Below are positions 25,601-38,489 of a DNA stretch of 64,000 bases, one piece after another (the stretch's first letter is position 1; every line of letters starts with the position of its first letter). Origin of the DNA: Bugula neritina. Taxonomy: Eukaryota; Animalia; Bryozoa. Below the pieces are notes generated by a model. That model did no database searches. It had not been told where the DNA came from and worked only from the letters and a program-made list of their open reading frames with translations. The position numbers and the translations under genes were made by a program. Location of the stretch: contig OZ037767.1 in NCBI GenBank assembly GCA_964035545.1, forward strand, positions 22,398,628 through 22,462,627. Reading direction: 5' to 3'.

Positions 25601-27281
25601 AGTCGGTAAATTCTTGGCCACAAGCATAAAATTAAACAGCTTAGGATGATTAATTTCTTCCTTAAAAAACTATTTTAAATATATAATCCCACCTGCATAG
25701 GTATAAACAAAAATGTGTTTTATAATCCTATTTTAACCAATCAAACCCATCCAAAAACTGAAATGTTATTTTATTAAGCAATTAACTGCGTACCATTAAT
25801 ATGTTATTTGGTTGCTCCATTTCTACGTCTGACTAAGAATAACCAAAATGCTGTCAAAAGATATGCTTTCTGCTGTATTCAACTCCATACAATTTTTAAA
25901 CTGGTCTTTGCTTTTTGTCTATAGTTTTAAATACGGTAATGGTCTGGTGGTGTGGCTCGAAAAAGTTTTAGTTTTCATCACCAAAGTTTAAACTGTAACT
26001 GTTGTACTGGTAGTAGAGTATAGTACTGTGACACTGGCAGTATAGTACTGTGACACTGATAGTATAGTACTGTGACACTAGTAGTATAGTATTGTGACAC
26101 TAGTAGTATAGTTCTGTGACACTAGTATTATAGTACTGTGACACTAATAGTATAGTACTGTGACACTAGTAGTATAGTACTGTGACACTAGTAGTATAGT
26201 ACTGTGACACTATAGTAGTATAGTACTGTGACACTAGTAGTATAGTACTGTGACACTAGTAGTATATGTACTGTGACACTAGTAGTATAGTACTGTGACA
26301 CTATAGTAGTATATGTACTGTGACACTGGTAGTATAGCACTGTGACACTAGTAGTATAGTTCTGTGACACTAGTAGTATAGTACTGTGACACTATAGTAG
26401 TATAGTACTGTGACACTATAGTAGTATAGTACTGTGACACTGGTAGTATAGTACTGTGACACTGGTAGTATAGTACTGTGACACTAGTAGTATAGTACTG
26501 TGACACTAGTAGTATAGTACTGTGACACTAGTAGTATAGTACTGTGACACTAGTAGTATAGTACCGTGACACTATAATAGTATAGTACTTATAGCTTATT
26601 ACTGGCACATTTAGCACACTTATAGCTTGGTTTTTGACATAGCCAGCATACATTTGCTGTATTTCAATCTATTTTAAGCCATTGCAGTTCTCATATATCT
26701 TAGTTTTAAAGCTGCAGGACTGTCCATTTAGTTCTGGGCTTACTATATATACTAGCGTTGGTATTGGTAGTAAAATTCCAAGATTTAGAGGCCAACTCTT
26801 TAACTGCATTCCCATTGCTTTGAATTGATCTGTACAGTTGTTTGTGCAGATAGATTTCTGGTTGCAGTCTGCATTAACTTATGGTTATGGCTTCATTCGA
26901 TGCAACTGTTTTTAAACATCAAATAAACAAATGCATTAGATAATGCGAAGCAATAGAAATGCCCTCTATCTCTATCTATGTTATAGTATAACAGTGTGTA
27001 GCTGAGTTCTCTATGTTCATAGAGAAGTTGTTGATGTCACCTCAGACATAGGACTAGGAGGAGGACTAGACGTTGGTGGTGTCACAGCTACAATTGATCC
27101 TCTGCTAGATGGTCTCGGTGTAAGTGTCACTGCTGTAACAGATGTTGGTCTAGATGGAGGTTTGGGAGGAGGTCTAGACTCCGTCACAGCAGTTGATGTA
27201 ACTGGCGTTGCTGGAACTGAGACTACTACTATTTCTTCTTCTTCTTCTTCCACGTCATCAACCATTTCTCCAGTTTTGTAG
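22675..27281 (+). CDS. Gene C: secreted Gly/Arg/Tyr-rich protein with acidic Gly/Val/Asp C-terminal block (~261 aa), 2 exons
   Basis: Exon 1 22675-23201 MKGKCLLALLCLTVFLIASVLS|YGNYGSG...GVDVI(E), donor GA|gtaagt. Exon 2 27023-27281 after ttcatag reads EVVDVTSDIGLGGGLDVGGVTATIDPLLDGLGVSVTAVTDVGLDGGLGGGLDSVTAVDVTGVAGTETTTISSSSSSTSSTISPVL*; phase 2 and compositionally continuous. AATAAA at 27463. Confidence 0.85.
24138..24913 (+). mobile_element. Non-autonomous DNA transposon (Kolobok/T2-MITE-like), copy 1, in gene C intron
   Basis: TTAA at both ends, TIR AGGATTGCTCTATCTT...AAGATAGAGCAATCCT; near-identical inverted copy at 61360-62136. TTAA TSD with AGG..CCT termini matches Kolobok/T2-type rather than piggyBac (CC..GG). 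Confidence 0.9.
24999..25136 (+). mobile_element. 138-bp MITE with TA ends
   Basis: Perfect inverted ends TAGAAGCAGCACC / GGTGCTGCTTCTA; related copies at 16617 and 38490. Confidence 0.8.
26012..26588. repeat. 22-bp minisatellite (AGTATAGTACTGTGACACTAGT)n, ~26 copies
   Basis: Directly visible, with 24-bp variants; lies in the gene C intron. Confidence 0.95.
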
Positions 27282-28420
27282 ACCATGCTTCAAACAGATG
27301 TGCTAAGTATGTACCTTCGTTTTGTATAATGTTACTTTTCCAATTGAATAATGCTGTATATTTCACAAGTACTGTTGAGTTTTACTTCCACCCATTTATT
27401 GAATACTATTTTTGTTTGTTGTAATGCACAAGGATACCAGTGTGGCATTGTTCAGTTTTTGAAATAAAAGGTATCATTAGGGGGAATACATATATTTCAC
27501 AGGTATAATGGCGAGATAACGTTTGTACTTTGTAGGCATGGTGTACATGGCTAGTAGTTTGGATTTTGGAAACACACTAACATAAACTTAGTGTAAAATA
27601 TTGTGCATGTCTATGATGGTTGTATATTACAGCTTTCAAACAGCAATCATTTTTAAAACATTTCTACTATATTTACATTTTAATCAAGGAATTTCATTTT
27701 TTCAATTGTTACTAAATTAAGCATCTTGCTACAAAGACTGCATATAAAACGTTTCACTTTGGTATAGCCTACTATATTGCAATTTTTATAATTTAGAAAA
27801 ACTCAGTGAAATGATTTTTATTTTAAGTATTATATATGAAATGCTTTTGTGAATTTATGAGAAACTTCCTATAAAACATATTATTAGTAATTATTTCAGC
27901 CCTAAGATTGTCAAGGGATAAGTATTATTTGGAGAAGTTAAATGTTTTGCTGCCGAGTATAAACAGTTAATTTAAAAATGAGAGCATAGAATGTAATATT
28001 ATAGCCCAAGTCTTATTATAACGCTCATAATACTAAGACTTGTACAATTCCGAGTTCTCAGAATTAGAAGTTAACTTTTGTATACAGATCTATGAAATGC
28101 TAATTTTCAAAGTATTTAACTTACATTGGTTGCCATGGTAACCATTGTAGGAGCCTAACTGTATAATTTTGTTGTTTTCAGTTGTTACAAAGAACGGAGA
28201 TACCAACTACCAAGGAGTCTGTTATGCATCCAAAAGTTGAAGTTTAAACAGTTTTTGTTATTAATTTAGTTACTTTGTAGCATGTTGTGTGTTAGTTATT
28301 AAAGGTTTTTATGGTAGTTGTATAAAATATGTTAGTGTGTAGCTGCTTAATGGATTATATTTGTATAATAAATATCGATTTAAAGTTGGGATTACTGGGG
28401 ACTTTCATAGCATCTTTCAG

Positions 28421-28595
28421 GTTGCATTCAGCATTACTGGAGACTTGAGTTAAAGTTACTAGTACTAGTACTAGCACTAGTACTAGTACTAATACCAGCA
28501 CTAGTACTAGTATTAGTACTAGTACTGGTACTAGTAGCAATAGCAGTACTGGTAGTGGAGCTGGTAATAGTACCAATGCTGGAGCTAGGTATTGA
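28421..28595 (+). pseudogene. Possible relic Ser/Thr-rich terminal exon
   Basis: After ctttcag (28420), the phase-2 frame reads LHSALLET*VKVTSTSTSTSTSTNTSTSTSISTSTGTSSNSSTGSGAGNSTNAGARY*; AATAAA at 28652. Could equally be a simple (ACTAGT)n repeat. Confidence 0.35.
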
Positions 28596-29603
28596 TATTG
28601 CAGGATGCATGCAATATAGCCGCTAGCCATGACTTCATTCCAACATTGCTGAATAAAACGCACAAGTTGATATGGCAACTAATAGCACTTACAGCAAACT
28701 TGTACTTTATACGCTAGGTTTAACTATATATATGATACTAAACTATTTATTCAGCAACTAAAGTCGATGTAATGATGAAATTTAATGCAAGACTTTAAAG
28801 TACAAATGAAGCAATTTATATAATGGTTGGTGTGCACTACAAAAATGAAAATTGAAGTAATTCTAGTATTCAGTAGATGCTATAAAATTCAAATAACACC
28901 CGTTACTAAAATAATTAATAATGTTGAACCACAGCTGTATAATACTGGTACTACCATGTTACTAATTGCATATAATTATTCGTATTTAGTTATCTTGGTT
29001 GAAGGAATTGTGAAGATTAGTGCATTTCAAGTAAATTGGGTTTTGAGTCGCAGATTAAGGGAACACAAAGTTACCTAATCAATAGTGATTTCTAAAGTTG
29101 TCTTTGTTGTATAGAGTGTAATAGATTCTATTAAATTAAATTAGAATAACAAAGGGTTGAGATTTATAAGGTAAAAATAGTACAAGTTGCTTATTACTGT
29201 ACAGCTCATTCACCCTCTACAAAGGATTGTCACATCTGCATTGTGTTTACTAACTATTAAATTACTTTCATAGTTGAAAAATATAATTGCTAGCTCAATA
29301 GTTTTCATCATTTTTAATTAAACTGCACAACTTTCAAGCATATATAAGCATGATTTTCACTGCAACTACTCAATAACATGTGGTTATTACATTATAATAA
29401 TTTTAGGTATTCGAAATTATAACTATTGCAAAACTTAATAATATAATCAACGATAAACTAATAACAGTTTTTGTATTTGTTCTGTAGCATTGACAAGTTA
29501 GATAACTATCAACTGAAAGAAAGGTTTTTAAAGTAAAATATTCTAGAAAACAAAAATTGTCCTCTCATTTTTTCGAGAAAATTTACCTTTCAATAATACA
29601 ATT

Positions 29604-29885
29604 CAGTTCTTGCATTTTGAGTCTCTAAAAATCTACAGGTAGTTTTTTTATGAACTGCAAAACTAAATTCATTTCCTTGCGTCAAGTTACCTTACGAAAT
29701 GCAGTGTTTCTAATTGGTAATACGTTTTCAGCTATGAGAAATGACATATGGTGACAGCAGTGAGAATTATGCTGCCATGACGTTACCTATCACTTGTTGT
29801 GGCTATTCATCCTGAGCAGGTTATGGGGGCAGCAATGAAGATAAATAGAATGAGAAGCTATAAAGTTTATAGTTGAAGCAGAGGA
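29604..29885 (+). pseudogene. Decayed paralogue of gene C 5'UTR and exon 1
   Basis: Colinear nucleotide similarity to ~22617-22910: ttttgagtctctaaaaatctacagg vs ctttgggtctccgagattctacaag; cagtgtttctaat vs cagtctttctaat; gttttcagctatg vs gttctcagctatg; ttatgctgcca identical; aggttatgggggcag vs aggttatggaggaag. ATG lost, indels present. Confidence 0.75.
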
Positions 29886-30336
29886 TTTTGAGAATACCTG
29901 CAGGAAATGCTTACTTGTTATATAATATAGTTTCTCAGCCCATAGAGTTTATCAGTCATCAATATAAAGCATTTTTATTTTACTTATATTATGTGCAAAA
30001 TATTCAGAAGAACCAAACTCTTTAATTTATTTAGAACTTCATCAACAACTGAGAAATAAAATAAAAAACAACAAAAGAATATCATACATTTTACATACAC
30101 ATGCTAGTTACAATTATTAGCCCTAACTTTTGTTTCAAAGTTAGCAATATAATTGACCATGACCAAAATGCCATAGAGATCATTCCTATCACCATGACCA
30201 TAAGTTTTTCTTTTTTTAAAAGTTTGCATTACAGATGTGTGCTCATGTATATATCAATTTAAAGTAAATCTAGAACCTTATCATTCTTTAGTCAAGATAA
30301 CATTCTCTGCTTTTGCAGACTAATAGTATACAACAA

Positions 30337-30884
30337 TAGGTGTCATCCCAGATAGGCACTTCCCAGTTAGACCCTAGGTTTAATTCCCACTTAGATGCTT
30401 CCCACATGGACTGTTTCACAGTTACACAATATTTATTTATTTTGGCACAATATATATTTTATGGGCAACTTACTTGAATATTATTGAAATATAGGCCTAT
30501 GTATATTTAAATGAACTTGGATCAATTGTTTGTTATCTAGCACATGAACAAATTCCTGAGATCTGCATTAACTTATTAACTTTGCATATTCTATACTTCT
30601 TGCTGTTTGAAAAAATATTTCTATAATAAGTATTCATTAAAAATAATGTTTATACTTAATTTATTACTGTTTTTTACCCCACTCAATCTGTGAAAAGTGG
30701 ACTATTATTCCAAATATTTTATACTAGCTATTATAGCTATTAGCATATTAGCTATTTAGCAATTAATACAACAGTTATATAGGTATATACATAATTATGG
30801 TACCAAAATAAAAATAGCGTGGAACTGGGAAGCGTCCAAGTGGGAAGCGGCTAACTGGGAGGTGTCTATCTGGGATGAAACCTA
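30337..30884. mobile_element. ~550-bp MITE with TA ends and subterminal TTCCCA repeats
   Basis: Left taggtgtcatcccagataggcacttcccagttag is inverted at right ctaactgggaggtgtctatctgggatgaaaccta. Confidence 0.75.
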
Positions 30885-31637
30885 GCAGTATTCTAATAAT
30901 AATTAGAACAATTTAATTTATACATCAACATAAAATTCTGCATTCAAATTTCTGTTTAAATATTTTTGTATTGGAAAAATATTTACATAAACAATTAGCT
31001 TCATTTTATTGCTGTATAATAGTCAGCTTTTTATCAAAATCAAGTTATTTAAAATAATTTGAAACATTCAAAATTGGCAAGGATTTTGAGAAAAACATGA
31101 AATTATTTCACTTATAGAAAGTTACATAGTTTTTTCTAGAAAATGGCACATAAGTAATTCAAACTCAAGCCTCAAGTGGAATGTGAAAGCCCTATATTGT
31201 GATAATCTCACAATATAGCTTGCTGGTGACTCATACTAAGTTAGAATTAATCATTCAAAAGAACAGTAGATTCACACTTAGCATTATGCAATAATTCTGT
31301 ACAGGTGTTACTCTAAACTTTAGTTGCTGTAATTTGGTTTCGAGTGCACAGCTAAATCTCTTAGCAGCAGTTTTCAGTATTGCTAAGCCAAATAGTTGGT
31401 AATACAGAAACTATTAGTTAACAAAGCCAACCCCAAACCCCTACCCCTTCCTTCAAAGTCTGTTGCAGTAGCTAACTATAGCTAACAATGCCAACACAGG
31501 AGACCAGTGACAAAATTAAAATAATACAATAATGGCAGCATTAGCATAGAAGGCTGAAAACATAAAATATAGATGACCATAAAGTTACATTTGAAACAAT
31601 CAAACTTCTCAAGTTAAAATAAGTCAAATGTTATGAA

Positions 31638-31802
<165 letters not shown>

Positions 31803-34800
31803 TATCATTGAGCAAAAGATTTCATTTAGAGAAAAGTATTGTTACAAAGTTTGCTAAAAATATCTTACATTATTGTTTTTCTTTCATTATATTGAAAAGC
31901 ATAGCTATACAAGTTGCAAAGTATAACACAATACTTGTTTGGATATCTTCTATTATCTTTTAAAGTCAAGCAAATTATATTCAGAGTTATGGCCTCCACA
32001 ATAAAGCATTTGTGCAACTATAGCTTCTAGAGTTACACTACCCTGTGAGCGAACAATGAGCTTATGGAGCAATTTTGTTGGTTTTTCGAAAATTTGAAAA
32101 CAAAAGTTATTAATCTAGAGTCTAGACTATAGACTAGTACTTTATGTCATTGCTTTGAGCACAAAACTTGTAGGAAAGAGTGGGGCTATCTGAGCCAGGG
32201 GCTAGTTGAATCTACAGGGCGCTGCGCCAAACAATTTACATGCAAAAAATGGGCTTTATCTTAGTGAGTAAACTGTTTCTGCATTCAGTTTTAATGGGCA
32301 GACAGCAATATAATATATGGCTGGCTTTTATGAAGCTGGTCTCTAGATTAGCAAAGAATTTCTCCAAAACCTATGTTCAAAAACACAATTTTTGGTTCAA
32401 CTATAAGCTCACCACCCCCAGCTAGCCTAATTAACTTCATATTGCCAGCTGTCCATGGTAAATGGAAATGCTTCATAATAGTTTTATTGGCAAATAGTTG
32501 CGTACATTAGAAAATGGGCTATACACAAACATCATTATTACATCATTATTACATCATTATATACTCATGTGGAGGCTTATGCTAAATGTTAAGAAAAATA
32601 TTTACAAGTTAATTAAATTGAAACCAATTTCTTGCTTATTTTGGTATCAGCCACTCTAAAGCCAGATATTGTGCACAGTATATAAACTGAATGCATTTTG
32701 GATTACATCAACTATACATAATTTTTTTGAACAATTTATCAGCTATACCAGCACTTATTGTTTTAAGTAACTAGCCCAAACATATTTCAATTAAACAAAA
32801 ATTTGTTTTCAACTTATTGAAACTGGTCAAGCAATAAAATTGAAATAATTTTGATAGTTAATTTAAGCTGGGGCTGGTAATTCACGTTTCTTGACACACA
32901 TTACTGCATCTACGTGCCCTTAAAACTTTAAATGTAGCCTATGCATGACCCAACAATTAAGTGAATGGGCTATTGAATTTAAATGGGATAAAGTATCAAG
33001 GTGTGTCTGCAGCCTTTCTGATCCACCTCTCTACTCTAGCTTTAAGTAATATTTATGTGACAGTATAATCCTAAGTATCTCAGCTCTAATCCTTAAGAAC
33101 TTCTTAGTTAATAGTTTACCTTCACAGAATATGGTGGGTTTAGGCTAATACCAAGTCCTCAAAAACTGTGAATGGTTCAGGACCTGCAGATGTTTGAAAC
33201 ACTACAGCTGCGTTTAAAGCACTATATATGTATGTATACTCTCCTTTTTGACCTCATCAGGTAATCCAATTATTGGCCACCAAATCATCACAAGTTACTA
33301 TTCTCTTTAACTCAGTCATATAACTGCCCCCCCCCCCCCCCCCTAATCAAATCACAGTCTTCAAACTTGCAAGCCAGCTATAACGAATACCACAGCAATA
33401 CTGAGGAAACAGTTTCTAAAGAGTCCTAAAAAGCTACTTTAAGAGATTTCTGTAATTATTTAAAGTAGGTAACTTTTAAAAAAATTGGGCTGTTTTAGCA
33501 AAAATCACTGATATTTTTTAATTTAATTCATTTTACATTAGTGCAAAAATTTAAAATTAATCAAAATTAAACATCCAGTATAATATTGAAAAATGAGTAT
33601 AAACATAATTATTTTTATATAACAATTTGAGGTCGAAGGAAACAAATAGAGCCTAGCTGTTAGTATGCAAGCATTTTGATTTTTCAGTCAGAGAAAATAA
33701 ATTTACATCGGTCTGGCCACAACAATTAATGATTTCATTTAGTATATTATAAAATGAAGATTACCATGATAAAACAAAGTATCAATGTCAGGTACAAGTA
33801 ACTCTATAGCGATATGGTGACAGCCAGTGTAAGAGTAGAGCCACCCAGCACTCGAATAGCTTATCTGCAGCTTACTTAGATTACACTGCAAGACCCTAGC
33901 CTTAGGCTAATGGTCCAACTAATCCACTGATCACATATTTTGCACTGCCAACTTGAAACAAGCACTCGGCCAAACAAAGCTTATCCCAAAAGCAGATACT
34001 ACGTATCTTTTAAAATGAGAACAGTAAAAATGTAATATAAACTAAATTATGACTACTTATTTATCTGTTAATTTTTACAAAAATGTAAAAAGCTTCTACT
34101 GTGATATTACTTAGCAATAGAGTGTAAGGCTTTGGGAACCGCTATTATGTAGTAATTAAACTATATTTTTACACTCCAATTGGGGTTGAAACATATAAAC
34201 ATGAAAGTGCTTGACAAACATACTAAAATTACTTTCCTAACATGTTTAGGTAAAAATCAATTTTAGTGCTACTGCATATAACTTGCAGTGCCTAAAGTTA
34301 TCAGCCTTAATTATTTGTTTATAGAAATTTAAATTAAATTTTAGGTGGCAAAGGAAAATCTCAATATTTGAAAGAAATGTGGGTTATTTCGTTTCATTTC
34401 CCCACAACTCTTATACTAACTTTAATGAACTATTATAGCTAAAAATATTTAGTGCATTGTTTATTTTCAAACAAGTTTATTATAAATCTTCAATTTTAGA
34501 TAATAATAAATAGCTGCAAACGCATGAAGTAATTTAAACTTTCTTTTGCAATGCATTTTCCCGCTTTACCATGCATGACATCGGGATGAACTTTTATATA
34601 AGCTATAAGATAATAGAAGAAAAACTCTACATATGAGTATAATTTTATTATGCTAAGTAGTGTGTAGCAATTTTACAGCTAATACTGCTGCTTACAGTTG
34701 TAGGATGGTCTAAGTACTGCTATATAGTAGCTTTACTATTGTTATCAGTTGCTTGCAATTTAATGTTATGTTTACTGCTTTTGTAAACAAAAAATAATCA

Positions 34801-35196
34801 ATAATGTTAGAAATGTAAGAAATCGAAGAAAAGCAAGTAACTGTTATATATAAATGGTAATTAGTTTACTAAATCAATGCTCAGTCTAAATATAATCACG
34901 GCATTTGCTTTTATCATCAAGAGCTGTTTTCTTTTCAGATATAACTTGTTGGAATCTATTGGCAAAGAGTTGTACAGCTGTGATGCAAAGCTATCAGGTA
35001 ACTCACACAAAAAGACATTACATAACATTGTAACCTTTGCACTAAACAATCATTGTGTAATTAGTGCAAAATTGCTAAATTTCTGTTAGCTTATTATTTA
35101 AAGGTAATTGATGTCTATTTGGCCTATCTCCCATTATTGTAACCAGGTTTAAACAATTATAAATAGAACTAGATGTAGCATTGAGTTAAGCCAGCA

Positions 35197-35508
35197 GCTC
35201 CTGTGGTGCAATATCTGCAATTGGTAAGTGCGTGCTTGCTTGCAAGCCGGAGATCTGTGGTTTGAATCCCAGTGAGAGCAAAATTATTTTGTGAGCTATT
35301 TCAGCCTTAAGTGAAGTGTAGTAGAACTTCGAGAGGGTAAAGTGTCCAGGGGAGCCTGAATACTGAAGGAGTAGTAGATAGGCCAATGGAGTTCAGAAAA
35401 CTGGGTGAGATGTAGTGTTGTGTTCACCCAGTGGTCCCCGTGGTGTAATGGTTAGCATACTTGCTTGCAAGCTGAAGGTCTCGGATTCGAATTTCAGTGA
35501 GGGCAAAA
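35197..35508 (+). mobile_element. Two tandem tRNA-like SINE heads / pseudo-tRNAs (~35197-35283 and ~35434-35508)
   Basis: Both have gtggtg[ct]aa..tggt[at]ag (A box), cttgcttgcaagc, a B box-like g[gt]tt[tc]gaat and cagtgag[ag]gcaaaa; stems are imperfect. Confidence 0.6.
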
Positions 35509-36528
35509 CTATTTTACAGTAGACTTCACAAAAATATGCCTCGTTTGCTTTAGGATGACAAGCAAAATATGTTGCTGATTTGAATATGCTAGACAATGAT
35601 TAGATATAAAAAAAAGGTAGTTTTTTAAGAATAATGCCACATCTAAAAGAAGTTGAATGTTAATAATATATTATTAAAGCTAGAGCTGCATATTATCATA
35701 TGCTATGTATTAAGTATGTATTGGGCTAAACTCTACAGCCTACTATATCACATATTGTTATTATGGTACACCTTGATGTGGCTCTGTCTTGTTTTAGCAG
35801 TCTGTGTAAATTATAATAATATTTTATAACTTATTTCCGTTGCTACAGGTAGTGTAGGCTATTTGTATTCTGATACATTTGATCTAAAATTATTAACCTT
35901 TCAGGAGACAGTAAAAAACATGATACGTTGGCAATAACCAAACTCAGCATCTGTAGTTGTATAGCTCACTTATTGTATTTTGATTTATTTGACGAAATCA
36001 TTTTTCTAAAAACGTAGTTGGACTATGATAATATAAAGTGTGTTAAGTGTGATACAAGTAAAGGCATGTATTAAACGTAATGCAAAAATTGGTTTTGTTG
36101 AAGCAAAAAATTTAAATGGCAGCAGCTATGAATACTAAAAGTATAAGTTACTTTGTAATTGCATGATGCAAAGTTAAAGCCTTAATAAAACATCTAGTTG
36201 AAGATAAAGCTGATCTTGATTAATGGTGCAAGTCCGATCTAATGCGTAACAGATCTTTTAGAATGCCAGTGCTGTTGCGAGAAAATAAATTATTGAAGCC
36301 AACCTTAAGCATTCATAAATCTATATTATTAATCTTTGCGTATGTATTAAGAATACCATTGGATTATCTCCTATTTGAAATATCTAAAAGGACTAAAATA
36401 ATCAAGAAAAGATTATGCTGATTACTAGATGACGAAAGCAGCTGTCACTGGAAATCATTGGGGATGGCGGAGGGTCTTTTCAAACCATTACAGAGCATTA
36501 AGGTTAGATAAGCCACTAAATCTGTTGG

Positions 36529-36535
36529 TATAAAA
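36529..36535 (+). promoter_or_regulatory. TATA box of gene D
   Basis: ggTATAAAAgggg with Inr-like tcagatt ~29 bp downstream; non-coding first exon ends 36616 (|gtaagt), acceptor tttgtag at 36760. Confidence 0.7.
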
Positions 36536-36768
36536 GGGGAAACAGATTGGCCTGAAATCAGATTTAGCTGAAACAGTGACAAGTTTGGACTCTTTGTCTA
36601 GTCATTGTCATATAAAGTAAGTAAAATTTGGTAATGACAAGTATTTTAGTGTTGTACAGTTACTTTTACTTGATTGTGTATATTTAGGCATAATTATTTA
36701 GGTTTGGTGCACATGTAAGAACTGAATGTGGAGCATCATAATGTAATCAACTGTTTGTAGATCTCAAC

Positions 36769-37503
36769 ATGAAGACCTCCGTGCTGGTACTGCCACTTCT
36801 TGTGGGAGTAACAATGTTCTCTGGCTCCGAGGGTTTCCTCGGTAGTCTTTTTAACTTAGGTGGTGGGAATGGAAAAATGAGCACTGGTGGGCTTCCAGGC
36901 GACCTACTCAATAATTTTCTTCGTGGACCTACCAACCCTCCACTTCCTCCACCTACTAGGCCACGCCCAGTACCAACTCCAGCTCCTCTACCACCAGCAC
37001 CTGTAATGCGTCCTACTAGAGGAGGGGGAGGATTCAATCGGAGAAGACCTCAACGGCCCCAGGGTAGAATGTCCAGAGGAGGAAACAAAGGACACCATGG
37101 AAGTCGCTATGGAAATGGCTACAACAACCACGGTAATCAACACTACAGACCAGTTGCAAAGAAACCATCCTACCCTACCTACCACAAACCAGGACATAAT
37201 TCTTATAATGACTGCTATAACTGCAAGTAAGTAAAAAAAGATTATTATTTTTCTTATCAAGCATATAACTAATTGACTGCCAATATTTAAAACAACATTT
37301 AAATTATTATTAAACCAATCTATGTAAATTGTAGGACTACACCAAAGGCAGTCCCTGTAACACCAGCACCAACAACGGCAGAAACAGCAGGACCAACCAC
37401 TACCAGTTCATCTTCTACCAGTACTAGCACTACTACTACATCAACCACATCTACTACTTCTACTTCCACTACTACTGGTGCTCCAATTATAATACAGGGG
37501 TAA
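36769..37503 (+). CDS. Gene D: secreted Gly/Pro/Arg/Asn/Tyr-rich protein with Thr/Ser tail (~208 aa), 2 coding exons
   Basis: Exon 36769-37226 MKTSVLVLPLLVGVTMFSGSEG|FLGSLFNLGG...YNDCYNC(K), donor AA|gtaagt. Exon 37335-37503 after ttgtag reads TTPKAVPVTPAPTTAETAGPTTTSSSSTSTSTTTTSTTSTTSTSTTTGAPIIIQG*; phase 2. AATAAA at 37828. Confidence 0.88.
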
Positions 37504-38489
37504 TCAGCAAGCCAATCAGGTGTACTGTAACATTTAGTTGTTACTGCTTTCATCAGCCTGCGCATGTACTCATTAAAATATTTGTAAAGATTATCTTGTT
37601 AGCATAGACAGGGGACAGCCTTAGTTAAGAAGTTCACTAATGGCAGCTTCAATCTACCTAACCTTTTAATCTGTACATCAAACATATTTCTGTGTGTCAA
37701 TTATTAATTTATACAAATTAATATGACAGTGACATATTTTAAAAATTATAATTTTTTTATTGGTTTGGTTTGAAATGAAGTATACATCAAATAATTATTT
37801 ATATATTTACCATTTTTTAATTTTAACAATAAAATGTTAAAAAAAACTTTTTTATACCATTAAAATTCTTTAGAACTCTGGTAGTGGCTTTTTACATTAT
37901 CCAGACAAACTTATTAGTAAGAGACACAGCTCAGTTTTCATTAGCAAGATAGCAAAACAATCGCAGTTAAAAGTATTTCAGGGAGAGGCTTAAATGTTGT
38001 AAAAAAATCACTGGGCATTCAATTAAATCAAAATCAGCATTTTAATCTACAGTCAAAAGAAATTGACCAGTATGACCAGTGGACATCTTGATTCTTTGCT
38101 TACAACAGCAACGTAACAAAGCCTAAATTACATTCATTGCTTACAAAACCATAGCTACAACATATTTTTCAATAATATAAAGGCATAGCAACTGCAGTAT
38201 TTCAATACATATTTCATAATAATATTATAGCGGAAAGAGCAGGTTAAGCTTATAGTAGCTTAGCTGGGCTAAAACATCAAGCATTATTCTAGAGGAAAAA
38301 TATCAACTTTTGAAAATTTATGAACATACTGCATGCTAAACGTAGCAGCCTCTAATAGCAAGCTAGCGTGTTTTCAACAGTTTTGATGTCTATGAAGTAT
38401 AATAATTGACAAATAGCCATATATGAATATAGCCCTTACAACTTGTACATGGTTCATTCTTATATCAATAAGATTGTTTAGAATGGTTC

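Noticed and set aside
28446-28448. In-frame TGA as a selenocysteine or readthrough codon
   Set aside because: No SECIS-like stem recognised and no selenoprotein context.
31375-31563. Minus-strand hydrophobic signal-peptide-like stretch
   Set aside because: Stops in all frames; explained by T-rich composition.
33755-33850. Possible further relic of gene C (shares atatggtgacagc with the 29.7-kb pseudogene)
   Set aside because: Only a 13-bp match; flanks do not align convincingly by eye.
35434-35508. Functional tRNA gene
   Set aside because: Acceptor, anticodon and T stems pair poorly and a second degenerate copy is adjacent; better explained as SINE heads or pseudo-tRNAs.
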